A stretch of DNA of 64,000 bases from the human T2T-CHM13v2.0 reference genome, Homo sapiens: NCBI RefSeq assembly GCF_009914755.1, contig NC_060933.1; one strand, 5' to 3'. The position numbers and the translations under genes are program-made. Below the pieces are notes generated by a model, which was not told the DNA's origin, searched no databases, and saw only the letters and a program-made list of their open reading frames with translations. Positions 40,430 to 52,895 of the stretch are shown in pieces (the stretch's first letter is position 1; each line of letters starts with the position of its first letter).

Positions 40430-41395
40430 TTAGAATCTTTGGTTGGGTATGTCCTTTCTAGCAAGGATGCAAAATATATCATTATAAAATATCGAAACAG
40501 TTCATAATAATATGGTGGGTGAAAACACACTTCAAACAATGTTCTAACATATGTGATAGCTGGAGAAAATTTTCAGCTCAGCAATAAGTCAAATCATATA
40601 TAAACGGTTCATATGAATCAATAATAAAAAGCAAACTTCCCCAAGACTTCTAGTTGAAAAAAAGTATATAGGTAAGCAATTCATGAAAGCAAAAATACAA
40701 ATAACCAATAAACATTAGAAAAGTTATTGAATCTTCTTTTAAATCAGAAAAAAATAACAAAATGCAATGCTATCTTCACATAAGATTAAATAATAAAATA
40801 TAGATATACACAATGCAGAGATCAGATAATGTCTTACTTCATTTTGAGATAAGATAATGAACAATCTCATACATTGATTACAGGAATGTAACTTAGAAAA
40901 GTCTTTGAAGCACAATTTTGTCTGTCACAATGTCAGGTGCACATTCTTTCAACCAATTATTTGTCATAGATAGTTATCTTAAAATTTTTGCACATATGAG
41001 TGTTTCTTATGGCGTACCTTAAATTAGCGAACACAAAACCCTAGGAAAATTCTAAAAGTCCTTCAATATGAAAATGACTAAATAAAGCAAAATATGTCTG
41101 CATAAAATACGTGGCACCTATGAGAAGATTGCTTTATATCCATCTACTTGTCATTGAAAGACATATTATCATGTATTGTTAAATGAAAATAGCAAAATGC
41201 AGAATAACATATTATTTTTATAATGCCCTTTAAATAGATCTGGAAGGACACATACCCAACTGTTAATAGTGGTTACCCCATTGGAAGGTAGAGACAGAGG
41301 CAGAGAAAAAAACTTCTGTTTATATGACATGATTCTCCAATAGTTTGAATTTTTTTAAAACAAACCTGTTTTACTTTTGAAATAAAAGACTATTT
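40430..41395 (+). mobile_element. L1ME-type ORF2 end and 3'UTR
   Basis: aaaatacaaataaccaataaacat, aacaatctcatacattgattacaggaatgtaac, agatctggaaggacacatacccaactgttaatagtggttaccc. Confidence 0.7.
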
Positions 41396-41595
41396 TTGAA
41401 GTATTTAAAATCAAAATACATTTATTGCTAATTATTTTTACCTACACTTTTAAAATATGAATAGACAAGAGTAAATGAAGGCAGGAAAATTGTTTTTATC
41501 AGATTAGTAATATCAATGCAAGAGCAAGTTTTTCTGTGTTTTGAAAACTGAAAAAGCAATTTATTTCACTTCCTCCAATTATCATGGGCACATAT

Positions 41596-41971
41596 TTCTA
41601 TGGTCTGAATGTGTCTATGAAAATACCTATGTTGAAACGTAATCCCCAATGTACTAATATTAGGAGGTGGCAGTGTTTGGGAGGTGATGAAGTCACGAGG
41701 ATAGGGCCCTGAAAGGAATTAATTACCTTATGAAAGGGCTAGAAAAAACTAGGTATGCCCTTCTGCCCCTCTGTTCCTTCCACTACCTGTGAACACAGCA
41801 TTCAAGGTTTCATCGTGAAAGCAGAGACCAGGATTTCAACAGACACTGAAACTGCCAGTTCCTTGATCTTAAGACTTCCCATCCTCCAGAACTGTGAGAA
41901 ATTAATTTCTATCATTTATAAATAAACCAGGCTCAGATATTTTGGTAAAACAGAACAAAAAAGCTAAGTCA
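41596..41971 (+). mobile_element. MaLR solo LTR (MSTD/MLT1A-like)
   Basis: ctatggtctgaatgtgtc...tatgttgaaacgtaatccccaatg...gacttcccatcctccagaactgtgagaaa...gctaagtca; TSD catat/tatat. Confidence 0.88.
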
Positions 41972-42988
41972 TATATAGAATGGTAGCAAATGGGCAGAAG
42001 GTGTAACACTCTTTGGGTGAACTCTAAAATGGGTTAGTCAAGTAATCACTTTCTCCACATCTTTAGTAACTTTTAACCTTTTTTGTATGGCAGATCTCTA
42101 ACATTTTATTTTTTCCTTTGAAATCTAAATTGTATTCTAATAATAAAAAACAATATTAAGAAAAACATGCCATTATCCTTAATTACCAAAAGTCAGATGC
42201 AGTAAATATTTGGGGAAAAATGTGCCAACAAAACTATTTTAGGCAGCTGCTATTCTGACTACTGCAGAGCTTCCTGACATAACAGTAGTAAACTCACACA
42301 CCATCAGATGTGATCAAAGGTGTTTTTGAAGAGAGGTTCTATTCCTTTTGTCTTCAAATACATTACCAGATGAAGGTCAAAATATCTTTAAAGGGGAAAA
42401 TACTTTTTCCAGCTTTATTGAGGTATAATTGACAAATTGTATACAATTAACAAAATGTATATATTTAGGATATATGATGTGATGTTTTGATATAGGTATA
42501 CCCTGTGAAATCACTACCATAATCAAGCTAATTAACATCCATCATCTCACAATGTTAACATTTGTGTGTGTGTGTGTGTGTGTGAGATGTGAGAGCATTA
42601 AATGTGAGAGAGAGCATCTACTCTCTCAGCATATTTCAAGCATACAATATAGTATTAGTAACTACAGGCACCATGCTGCACATCAGATCTCCAGAACTTA
42701 CTCATCCTGCCTAACTGAAACTTCTTTACCTTTTGAGAAATATCTCTCTAATTTTCACACCCGATCCCCATCCCATGGCAAATACCATTCTACTTTCTGC
42801 TTCTACAAACTCATCTTTTTTAGATTTCATATATAAGTAGAATCATGTAGTTTGTTCTTTCTATTCCTGGATTCCTTCATTTAGCATAATGTCTTCCTGA
42901 GTCATTCATGTTGTTACATACAACAGGATTTCTTTCTTCATAAATAGTATTTCATTGCATATGTGTGTGTGTCTGTGTCTGCATATGA

Positions 42989-43281
<293 letters not shown>

Positions 43282-43294
43282 TTCTTTTTTATTT

Positions 43295-43568
43295 TTAAGG
43301 CGGGGTCTCTATTGCCTGTGAAAAAGTGCAATGGGGCAATCATAGCTCACTGTAGCTTCCACCTCCCAGGTTTGAGCCATCCTTCTGCCTGTGCCTTCAG
43401 AGTAGCTGAGACTACAGGCTTGTGTTACCAAGTCCAGCTAATTTTTTTGTTTTTCAGTAGAGATGAGTTCTTGCTATATTGTGTAGGCTGGTCTCCAATC
43501 CCTGAGCTCAAGTGATCGTCCCACCTCAGCATCCCAAAATGCTGGGAATATAGGCATCCGCCAGTGGC
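43295..43568 (-). mobile_element. AluJ (diverged)
   Basis: caatcatagctcactgtagcttccacctcccagg...cctgagctcaagtgatcgtcccacctcagc; TSD ccacattttcttt at 42992-43004 and 43569-43581. Confidence 0.9.
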
Positions 43569-43631
43569 CCACATTTTCTTTATCCATTCATCTACTGACA
43601 AACATTAATGTTGATTCTATATCTGGACAAT

Positions 43632-44065
43632 CAACACCAACACATGAAATCAGCTGGGAGGGGGGCTATGTCCTGGAAAGCCACAGGGGTTGAGCTGCCC
43701 AAGGCTGTGGGAGTGAGACATGGAGTCAAAGGTTATCATTTCAGAGCTTTATGATTTGACCATCCCTCTGGATGTCAGTCTTGCATGGGGCTTGTAGACC
43801 CTTTGTTTTAGCCAGCTTCTACCATTTGGAATGGGTGTATTTATGCAATGCCTTTATTCCCATTGTATCTAGCAAATACCGGACTTGCTTTTGATTTTAC
43901 AGGCTTGTAAGTAGAAGGCACTTGCTTTGTCTCAGATGAGACTTTGGACTTGGACTTTTGGGCTAAGGATGGAATGAGTTAAGACTTTAGGAGACTGTTG
44001 AGAAAGCATGATTTGTTTTGAAATGTGAAAGGGACATAAGATTTTGGGGGAGCCAGGGGGTGAAA
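43632..44065 (+). mobile_element. THE1/MST internal 3' portion, including the polypurine tract
   Basis: aaagccacaggggttgagctgcccaaggc...gtgagacatggagtcaaagg...ctcagatgagactttggact...gggggagccagggggtgaaa, directly before the LTR. Confidence 0.9.
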
Positions 44066-44442
44066 TGATATGGTTAGGCTTTGTATCCCCATGCAAATCT
44101 CATTTTGAATTTTAATTCCCATAATCCCCAAGTGTCAAGGGAGAGACCAGGTGGAGATAATGGAATCATGGGGTGGTTTCCCCTATGCTGTTCTCATGAT
44201 AGTGAGTGAGTTCTCATGAGATCTGTTGATTTTATAAGTGTTTGGTAGTTCCTCCGGTGTTCATTCTCCTTCCTGTCATCTTGTGAATAAGGTATCTTGC
44301 TTCTCCTTCGCTCTCTGCTATGATGATAAGTTTCCTGAGACTCCGCAGCCACGGTGAACTGTGAGTCAATTAAACTTCTTTTCTTTATAAATTACACAGT
44401 CTTGGGCAATGCTTTATAGCAGTTTGAAAATGGACTAATACA
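44066..44442 (+). mobile_element. THE1D-like MaLR 3' LTR
   Basis: tgatatggttaggctttgtatcccc...gtcaagggagagaccaggtggag...ctcatgatagtgagtgagttctcatgagatct...gaactgtgagtcaattaaac...ggactaataca. Confidence 0.92.
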
Positions 44443-44474
44443 GATACTTTTGTGGGGAAGCATTCTTGTGATAA

Positions 44475-44750
44475 ATATGTATCATATATAATGTATATTG
44501 ATGTATTAGTATACATAAATACGTATCACAAATGACTATACATATGTATTTTCTAAATGTATCTACACAAATAGTAGAATATGTGTATATACGTATGTGT
44601 GTGTGTGTGTATATAGCTACAGATAGGTACATATACTACATATATATATTTGCCTATATATACCCATATGATATATATATATTTATCTACTATGAAAACA
44701 CACACACACACACATATATTTACCTACCTATATGTAGACATACTGATATG
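44475..44750. repeat. (TA)/(TG)/(CA) low-complexity tract
   Basis: Direct reading. Confidence 0.85.
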
Positions 44751-45109
44751 TAGAAATGTCAGGAGATTGTATTTTAATATAAATATGTCACCTCTGCCGT
44801 ACTAGAATGTGTAAAGTTGAGCCCATTGTTGGTGGGATAGGGAGGTTACAGAAAGGACTACTGGTGGGAAGGTAGTGGGAATATACTCACACAAGGGGGT
44901 AAGGCATAAAGTAGTATAAGAACTAACTTCATAATACTGCCAAAGACTGATTCTGTTTGTCAGTCAGAATAGGATGTAAAAGACTATTTCAAAGAGTTAA
45001 ATTATTTGTTAATATCAGAGATCAGCCACAGACAAGAAGTTTATGGATGAGTGCAGCAGTGGTCCATTGGACATGTTAAATACTTGTGGATATCCACAAT
45101 TTGAATTGA

Positions 45110-45277
45110 CATTAAAAATGAATGGATACCCAACTTTGAATTCCATATCGTTTTTCATATCAAAAATATTATTTTAACTATTTAAACATTTTAAAATTAT
45201 TCTCAGCTCATGGGCCATTCTAAAAGAGGCAAAGGGCTATAATTTGACTTATGCCATATGGTTTACTGATGCCTGGA
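45110..45277. mobile_element. MER58B-like hAT-Charlie fragment
   Basis: tttgaattccatatcgtttttca...ttaaaattattctcagctcatgggcc...tatggtttactgatgcctg. Confidence 0.7.
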
Positions 45278-46619
45278 CTAGATCATTTATAATAAATGAA
45301 AATGCCTCTCTTGATCATTATTTCAAATTTGGTCAAAGAAACTGCATGATATCTTAAGTCTGTATGTCTTTGGTAGTTACTATATTCTTTAAAAAGTATC
45401 AGAACACATTTTCTTTTTGAATGGACACAAGTACAAGAGCATCAATAATGAAATCATTTTTTATTATAGAATACAGATATTAAAGCCAGACCTATGTGTT
45501 TCCTAGCTGAATAAAAATAGTGTGCTATGTATATATAAATCAATAGGCTTTTCATTAGTGAAAATAACGAAAAATAACAAAGCTAAATCATTATGAATTT
45601 CTTAAATGTATAAAGTCCATTTCAAAAGAATTTTCTAATAAAGAAAGAACATAAACAAAGTGTAGGTAAGTTTCTTTCACATTAATCTAGCATCCCTCTT
45701 CTCAATATTTGCCTCAGAGGATGTCATAGGTAAATAAAAACCATATGAATATCCATGAAATAAGTTGATAGTGTGAGAGATAACTTCTAAAACTAACTGT
45801 ATAGGCTTTAAAGAGGCAGCTAGATTTCATTTGGAAGGCAGGCAGAGAAATATATCGGTGAAATTTAGGTCATAACTTCCAATGTTAATTAATTTGCACC
45901 TCAAGCCTACTAGACCAGTGGAATTAGGATATGATAGAAATATGCAGGATGTATTAAGGTTTTGGCCAATGGGAATGACCTGCTTCTCATATTATAACCT
46001 TAGCCTAGTTAATTTACTGGGAACAAGTTTTAATGTTACAGTCAGGGTTTTAACTCCTCAGGTGTCAACCCTACATTCAGCTGAAAGAATAGTATACACA
46101 AAAGAAATAGGTTAATTTGTTTACTGTGCTAGAGGATGCAGAGGCTTCTATTAGCCTCCAACCTTACAGGCTTCTCACACAGTTCATTTAATATTGAATA
46201 AATATAACTTTAAGTTATAGTCATCAAAACTATACATTTCATCTTCTTTGTATGGAAAATATAAAATTAAGGGAGGACATTTTAAATTTTCTGTACCCTA
46301 CATGGGAGAACTAATTTGCCTGCTCATGGAAGACAAAAAGAAAATTTAATGTCACTTCTGCCATACGAGAATGTGTATGTTGAGAAGGAATCAGGGATGC
46401 TCATCCCTAGAATATCTTGGTCATTGATTTGTCCACTTCTTAGAGGGCCCATGGATAATTCAATGATATGTACACTCTAAATATTCACTTAATATGTTCA
46501 AGGTAATTTAAACGCTGCATTTCACATTTATGAGAAAACAGGATATAAACGCCTACGCAAGTCCAATAAACAGATCTCAGATTTAACCTCGAAGAATGCT
46601 CAGTATAGCAGAAAAAGGG

Positions 46620-46735
46620 CTGCAATATAAGCTCCATGAGGGCAGTGATGCTGCCTTAATGAATATTTTATTCCCAGTGGCCTGCACATTCCCTGACACA
46701 AAGTAGACACACAATAAATATTTTCAGAAGAAATG
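46620..46735 (+). mobile_element. L2 3' end
   Basis: taagctccatgagggcagtga...ttcccagtggcctgcacattccctgacacaaagtagacacacaataaatatttt. Confidence 0.78.
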
Positions 46736-46769
46736 TTAAATCATTGAATCCGTAATATACAAAATTATT

Positions 46770-47395
46770 ATAAATAATTAACAACATACTATATAACAAT
46801 AGCAAAACAAAGGTAAAGTACATTAACAGATGATTTATAAAATACATATGAATGGCAAATAAATAAAAAGTAGAAATAAACCAATATATGCCATTGCATT
46901 TTGTCCACTGGATTGGTATCTTTATAGCATTGACAATTTCCCAGTGTTGGTGAGGTAATTAAAAAGCTATCATTCTTGGGACAGTTTGGGGGCATATAAA
47001 TTTTTAAAACCATTGTGTACAGCATTTTAATCAATGGCTTAAGATGAAAATAGAAATCTATTATGTCATTAAACAGCATTGATGGATCTTGTAAACAGGA
47101 GAGTAAAAAAAGCAGGCAGAAAAGAATATATACTGTATGACTCCATGTAAATTTAAAAAACTGGAGAAACTAAGCTATTCTAAGTTGTCAGGAGTCAAAA
47201 TAGTAATTATATTTAGGGAGGAAAGATTATTGATTGGGAGGCAGAGTGAGTGAGGCTAGTAATGTTCCATTGATCTGGATGTGATTATTAATACATGGTA
47301 TGTTCAATTTGTGAAAGTTCATCAAGCTGTACATTAATGATTTGTGTACTTTTCCAGGTATATGCTATACCGTAATGAAAAGTTTATTTTTAAAA
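46770..47395 (+). mobile_element. L1ME/MD-type 3' fragments
   Basis: cagtgttggtgagg, aaagaatatatactgtatgactccat, gtcaggagtcaaaatagtaatta, atgttcaatttgtgaaagttcatcaagctgtaca. Confidence 0.72.
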
Positions 47396-48481
47396 TGCTT
47401 ATAAATATTTTTGTTCAGCTGGTCAAAATACAGCGTGAACAAAATTATAGTCGTATAGTTACCAAAATATACTCTTTCTAGTAAGTCAACAATAAGCAAA
47501 GGAAAGATTTTATACTTGTATATGCATGCATGCACATACACACATGTGAAATATTTTCTGAATAGATTCCCACTTAATGTCAGTCCGTTTGGCTTTGAGC
47601 TATATAGCTGACCCACATCAGCTGCTTTCAAACAGATTGAAGTGATGTGTCTGAAGGTGACAAAAGATGGTTGAGGTCATCCTTTTACAAAGGCCCTTAA
47701 GTAATCAGCCACCAGAACTGCCATAATGCATTATTAAAATTGCAAGGCATCTCTGCAAGTTTGAGCCATGTGTATGAGGGCACACAGAAATGAAGTCTCC
47801 TTGCTCATAAACATCCTTTGCACATATAGAAATGTATTTCCCTGCCCTGATTATTGCCCTTTAATGAAAACAGACAGAACTGGAAAAAAATGCACTGTTT
47901 TTAGCTGTGTGGACACTGTGCAATCATTTGGACTGGGCAGTGCAACAGTCGGTTATCTAGGCCAGAAACAAAGAATGAAATTAAGAATCAATCTCTACTT
48001 ACATGAAAGATTTTTTCCAATGTAGTGTGATGCTTGGAGTTTTGTTAACTGTATGGGTTCTGAACTTCTGTTTTAAAGTTTCCCCTTTCAAAAGCACATC
48101 CAAAAGACTCTTTCATCACAACTATAAACAGAAACTAGGCCAGTACTGGCATACATATATGTTTGTTTGTTTTTTTTCTTTCTAAAATTGTGACAATTTT
48201 TCACTTAAGAGGTATTTTCCTTTCTTTATTTTATGGCAACAAAGTATTTATAAACCTCCTATTTTCTGTTTTAGTAGTAAATTAGCCTTGGCATGAATAT
48301 GAAGTAAAAAATAAGTCCTATTAATTATGAAAAATGGAGTTATAGGATTTAGCTAATAACATATTAAAACCATCTTTTCACACCTTTCCTAAAGACAAAA
48401 ATAAGACTAATTAGTTTCATGATTATAGCATTAAAAGACTCTATCTATCTGTCTTTCTACTTTTCTCCTCTTTCCGGCTAG

Positions 48482-48807
<326 letters not shown>

Positions 48808-49289
48808 AATAACATTTCTAATTTATTATTCCTGAAGTCATTTATAACCCAGAGACTACTTACATATGTTCTCACCAATGAAATTACTCCCTTTATTTTC
48901 ACACTGAAAGGACAAATTCATCCCTGTTTTCATCTTTACTTTTTTTTTATTTTCATAATTACAACCTTACGTAAAACTTTGATTAGAATGAAAAATGTAA
49001 TTTTAATAGGACACCTGTATTTCATATTAACTAAGGCTGGGCAAGACTAAAATTCTACTTATGTCTTTCCCCTTTACACACTTTCAATTGCTTTTTGGAT
49101 AATGTTCTTTACTAGTGAAAAAAGATACATGGTATAAATATACTCATTTATGAAGATTTCTCTAGTGATGATGTGAAGATATCACTGAAGTTGAAGCTTT
49201 TCCCAGATAAAATAGGATGACCATTGAGTTAATGAAGTTTTAAGAGCTGAGAACCTTCAACTAGGAACTGGATATTAGCAGCAACGCAG

Positions 49290-50232
49290 GAGCTCAAGAG
49301 CTCAGGTTTTGATTATGAGATAAAACTGGTCTTAAATTCTAGAGCAACCATTTGAGTAATCTTGGGCAAATTAGTGATTTCCAAATTCACAAGGCTAAAA
49401 CAGAACTCTTGCTCCCCCAACCCCAACCTGGTCTTCCTTTATTCTTCCCCATGTCAATTAGAGGCGGCATCACCACATATTCAGTGATCACGCCAAAAAT
49501 CTAAGCTATTTTTTATTTTATTTTTCTCTTTTACTCACTACACATTCAATCATTAGCATCTCCGAGTGTGTTTCTCTCTCTCTCCTTTTCTTTCTACCAT
49601 TGCTATCCACACACAAACCACCATCATATAATGCTTGAATTATTTCAAGAACTTCCTAATTTTCCTCCATACAATTCATTCAACAAACAGCATCCAGAGT
49701 GTTATTTTTTAATATAAATTGTCATTTACTCCCCTGCTTATAACTCTCTAGTGATTCTTCATCATAAATTAAACATTTAAATCCCTCCACCAGGCTCACA
49801 ATGACCTGTATGATCTTGCCCTACTTATATATTCAGTTTCTTTCTATAACATTCTCCTTCTTACCCATTATGATCTAGCTCCTTTAGTTCTATCTGTAAT
49901 GTTCATCCTTTTTGTCCTTCAGACTTCATCTTAAATGTTACCTTGATCTCACCAGTCTAAAGGAGACACCAAGTTACTAAAATAATATAAACTTGTATTA
50001 TTGCTTTTTGTTTTATTTACTTCTATACTTTCTGTATCTGGCACATAAAATGTGTTCCTTAAATATTTGCTGAATGAATGAATGAACTTAAAGGAAAAAA
50101 AATTTGTTACTGTAATGCAGATAATTCTACCTACCTGTCAGGCTTGGACTAGAAGATAAATGAGGCAAGATAAGTTGAGTGTTTAGCACAGTACCTGGGG
50201 CAAAATAAGACTTCGTAAATGATTGCCACTTG
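49290..50232 (+). mobile_element. MIR split into halves (49290-49380 and ~50100-50232) by an L2
   Basis: 5' half aagagctcaggttttga...taatcttgggcaaattag; 3' half ctgtaatgcagataattctacctacctgtcagg...gtttagcacagtacctgg. Confidence 0.65.
49381..50087 (+). mobile_element. L2 3' portion
   Basis: ctaaaacagaactcttg, ttcaagaacttcctaatt, actcccctgcttataactctctagtgattc; ends aaatatttgctgaatgaatgaatgaa. Confidence 0.82.
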
Positions 50233-50569
50233 TGTTTTTGTTAAAACAGGGACTACAATAAGGTCTTACAAAGGACTTCTTATTGAGTAATAATATCTCT
50301 CCTAAGTGTAAGATTCTAAGGACTTTTTTCCAGTGGAAATTATTAAAATATAGGGGTTTTATATGGGCTAGTGAATGAATTATTGAATGAATGATGTTCA
50401 GCATTTTAAGCTAACCTGAATCATACTATTGCTGATGTATGTAACACACCTTTATTCCTTATTTCTTTACCATCCTGAGATTCTAAAGACTACCATATTT
50501 AACTTTCCTATGTATCAGAAGAAACCTGAAAATTATAAACTAGAAGGATTCGACAAAACAAAGAAGCAG

Positions 50570-50765
50570 TTTGGGATTTAAAGAGATCTAGGAATACGTT
50601 ATTTCTACCACTTGCTGATGAGCTTCAGATAACCACCTATATATGCTGAGCCTCAATTTTCTTACGCCACTTCTTTACAGACTTATTGGAAACGATGAAT
50701 AAGATACTGAATGTAATTAATTTAGCACAATGATTTAGCAGGTGACTGATATTCAATTAATAGTA
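50570..50765 (+). mobile_element. MIR (degenerate)
   Basis: ttctaccacttgctgatgagcttcagataaccacc...ctgagcctcaattttctta...tttagcacaatgatttagca. Confidence 0.6.
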
Positions 50766-51410
50766 CATTTTCTCCAAGTGTGTCACTGAGAAATAGATCT
50801 AAAAAAAGCTCAGGAATTCTGTTCTTGTGTTAATATGTGAGCTTAGGCTGATTTCAATGTTGTTTAGGCTTTCTTGTATTTCTTTACCCTGTTCTTGGAG
50901 GTGCCAGTGTGGCCATGCTGCCTACTAGGTTTTCTTCTCATATACTCAGTTTCACTGGTGCTATGTGCAACTACACTATTTTTGTAAGTGGTAGTAATTT
51001 CTTTGAAACACAAAGCCAAAATTAATAAGTAGTGACAGCTTATAGGGGTGAAGTAATCATTTTTAAAAAGGTCTTGGCAGTTGGTTTCTTGAATAAGAAA
51101 TGCACTTGTTTCCATAAATTGGCAACAAAAACTGAAACACAGAATGCTGCCCAGAATCTTGAGAAATTTGTACTTGAATTATTGTTATGGTCCATTAAAC
51201 TCACTCTAAAAACTTTAATATGTTTCTGCTTCAGAGACTTGTTTGTCCATGTACAGCCATGTAACCACACTATTTACAATGCCCAAAGAGCAAATTGTTT
51301 GATTCAGCTGCAGCAATGGTCTTTCCACAGAGAAAGTTTGCAGTTTTCAACAGCCCTAAGTGCTGCATTCTCCTAACTGAGGTAAATACTCTGCATTGTT
51401 TTCTTCCCAG

Positions 51411-51462
51411 GTGATTCAAGCTGCAAGATAGATGACTAGGACTCAAATACCGGAAAAGAGAG
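51411..51462 (+). other. Candidate internal exon (52 nt), probably non-coding or UTR
   Basis: Branch-like tcctaac (51371-77), acceptor ctgcattgttttcttcccag|G, donor GAG|gtaagt. There are stops in all three frames from the acceptor. Confidence 0.5.
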
Positions 51463-51895
51463 GTAAGTAAACTGTGTTATTTGTCTAAGTTTTAGACAAA
51501 GTGTGTTCATCAGAAGCAGAGTTAAAGTAAGAGTTTGAACAATAGTTTTAAAAAGTATTCAGTTTTCCCAGCTAGCACTGTTCAGCATGTGATTTCATTA
51601 TCCTCTTTGCCCCATTCAGTTTGAAACATTTTTATACTTCAGATCATTTGTAACAGATCATCACTCAGATCTAATACATAAGACACAGGAATTTATATTG
51701 AAAATAATGTGTGCAACAATACTTAGTTCCTAAAGAGGACCTAAGGAAGCAGTCACAGTTTGTCATATACATCAGTGACCTTTCAAGGCCGGGACCTCAG
51801 TTTGCTAGATGGGCTATTATTGGACAGAGAGAGCCAAGACAGAAATGATAATATATATGACCAGTTCTAGGCAATTCTTAGTTAAAAATATAAGA

Positions 51896-52206
51896 GGATG
51901 GGACTGGAGGCCATTATCCTTAGCAAACTAACAGATGAACAGAAAACCAAACACCACATGTTCTCTGTTATAAGTGGGAGCTAAATGATGAGAACACATA
52001 GATACACAAAGAAGAACAACACACACTAGGACCTTTCGGAGGGTGGAGGGTGGGAAGAGGGAGAGGATCAGGAAAAACAACTAATGGTTACGAGGCTTAA
52101 TACCTAGGTGATGAAATAATCTGTACAACAAACCCCCATGACACAAGTTTACCTGTGTAACAAGCCTGCACTTGTACCTCTGAACTTAAAATCAAAGTTA
52201 TAAAAA
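51896..52206 (+). mobile_element. L1PA13-like 3' end
   Basis: ggaggccattatccttagcaaactaac...aggatcaggaaaaacaactaatgg...gatgaaataatctgtacaacaaacccccatgacacaagtttacc...cttaaaatcaaagtt. Confidence 0.9.
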
Positions 52207-52895
52207 CCAGTGGAAGGTAAAGTGCAAGAAATGTCTAAAAATTTATTTGGATATATGTGTCAAAAACTTTGAAAGAGTTCAAACATTACATCTGTTTAGT
52301 ACTTCCATTATTAGGAGTTTATTCTAAAGAAAGCTGCAGAAAATACGACAATGCTCAAAACAAACATCCTACATAAAAACAATTTTAAACTATATAACAT
52401 AAAAATGTATATATGTACATAGATAGGAATAACAATATATAATGTGTTAATGATGATTACCACTAACTATAAAATTATGAGTGGTTTAATTATCTTAGTC
52501 AAATTTTGAGGTATAATTAAGTAAGTCATATTTTCAATGAATTTGACATATAGAGTCATACCATAACAAGATACAGGTCATTTCTGTCTTTCCAAAATGT
52601 TTTCTCCTACCCCTTTGCAACAGCTCCACAGAACTTTTTCTCCAAGTGTGTCACCGAGAAATAGTCCTGAAAGCAGAATACCCCAACTGGCACAAGAGAA
52701 CCACTGATTTGCTTCCTGTCACCACAGGTTAGTTTTACATTTTCTAGAATTGTATATAAATAGAATATACTCATATATATGGATTATTTTATTCCAAATG
52801 TTCCTGAGATATATAAATGTCATTGGTTTTTTGGTATGGTGTCTTTTAACTCAGCAAGTTTCTGAGATTTATCAGTGTTTTTGCACATATTAATA

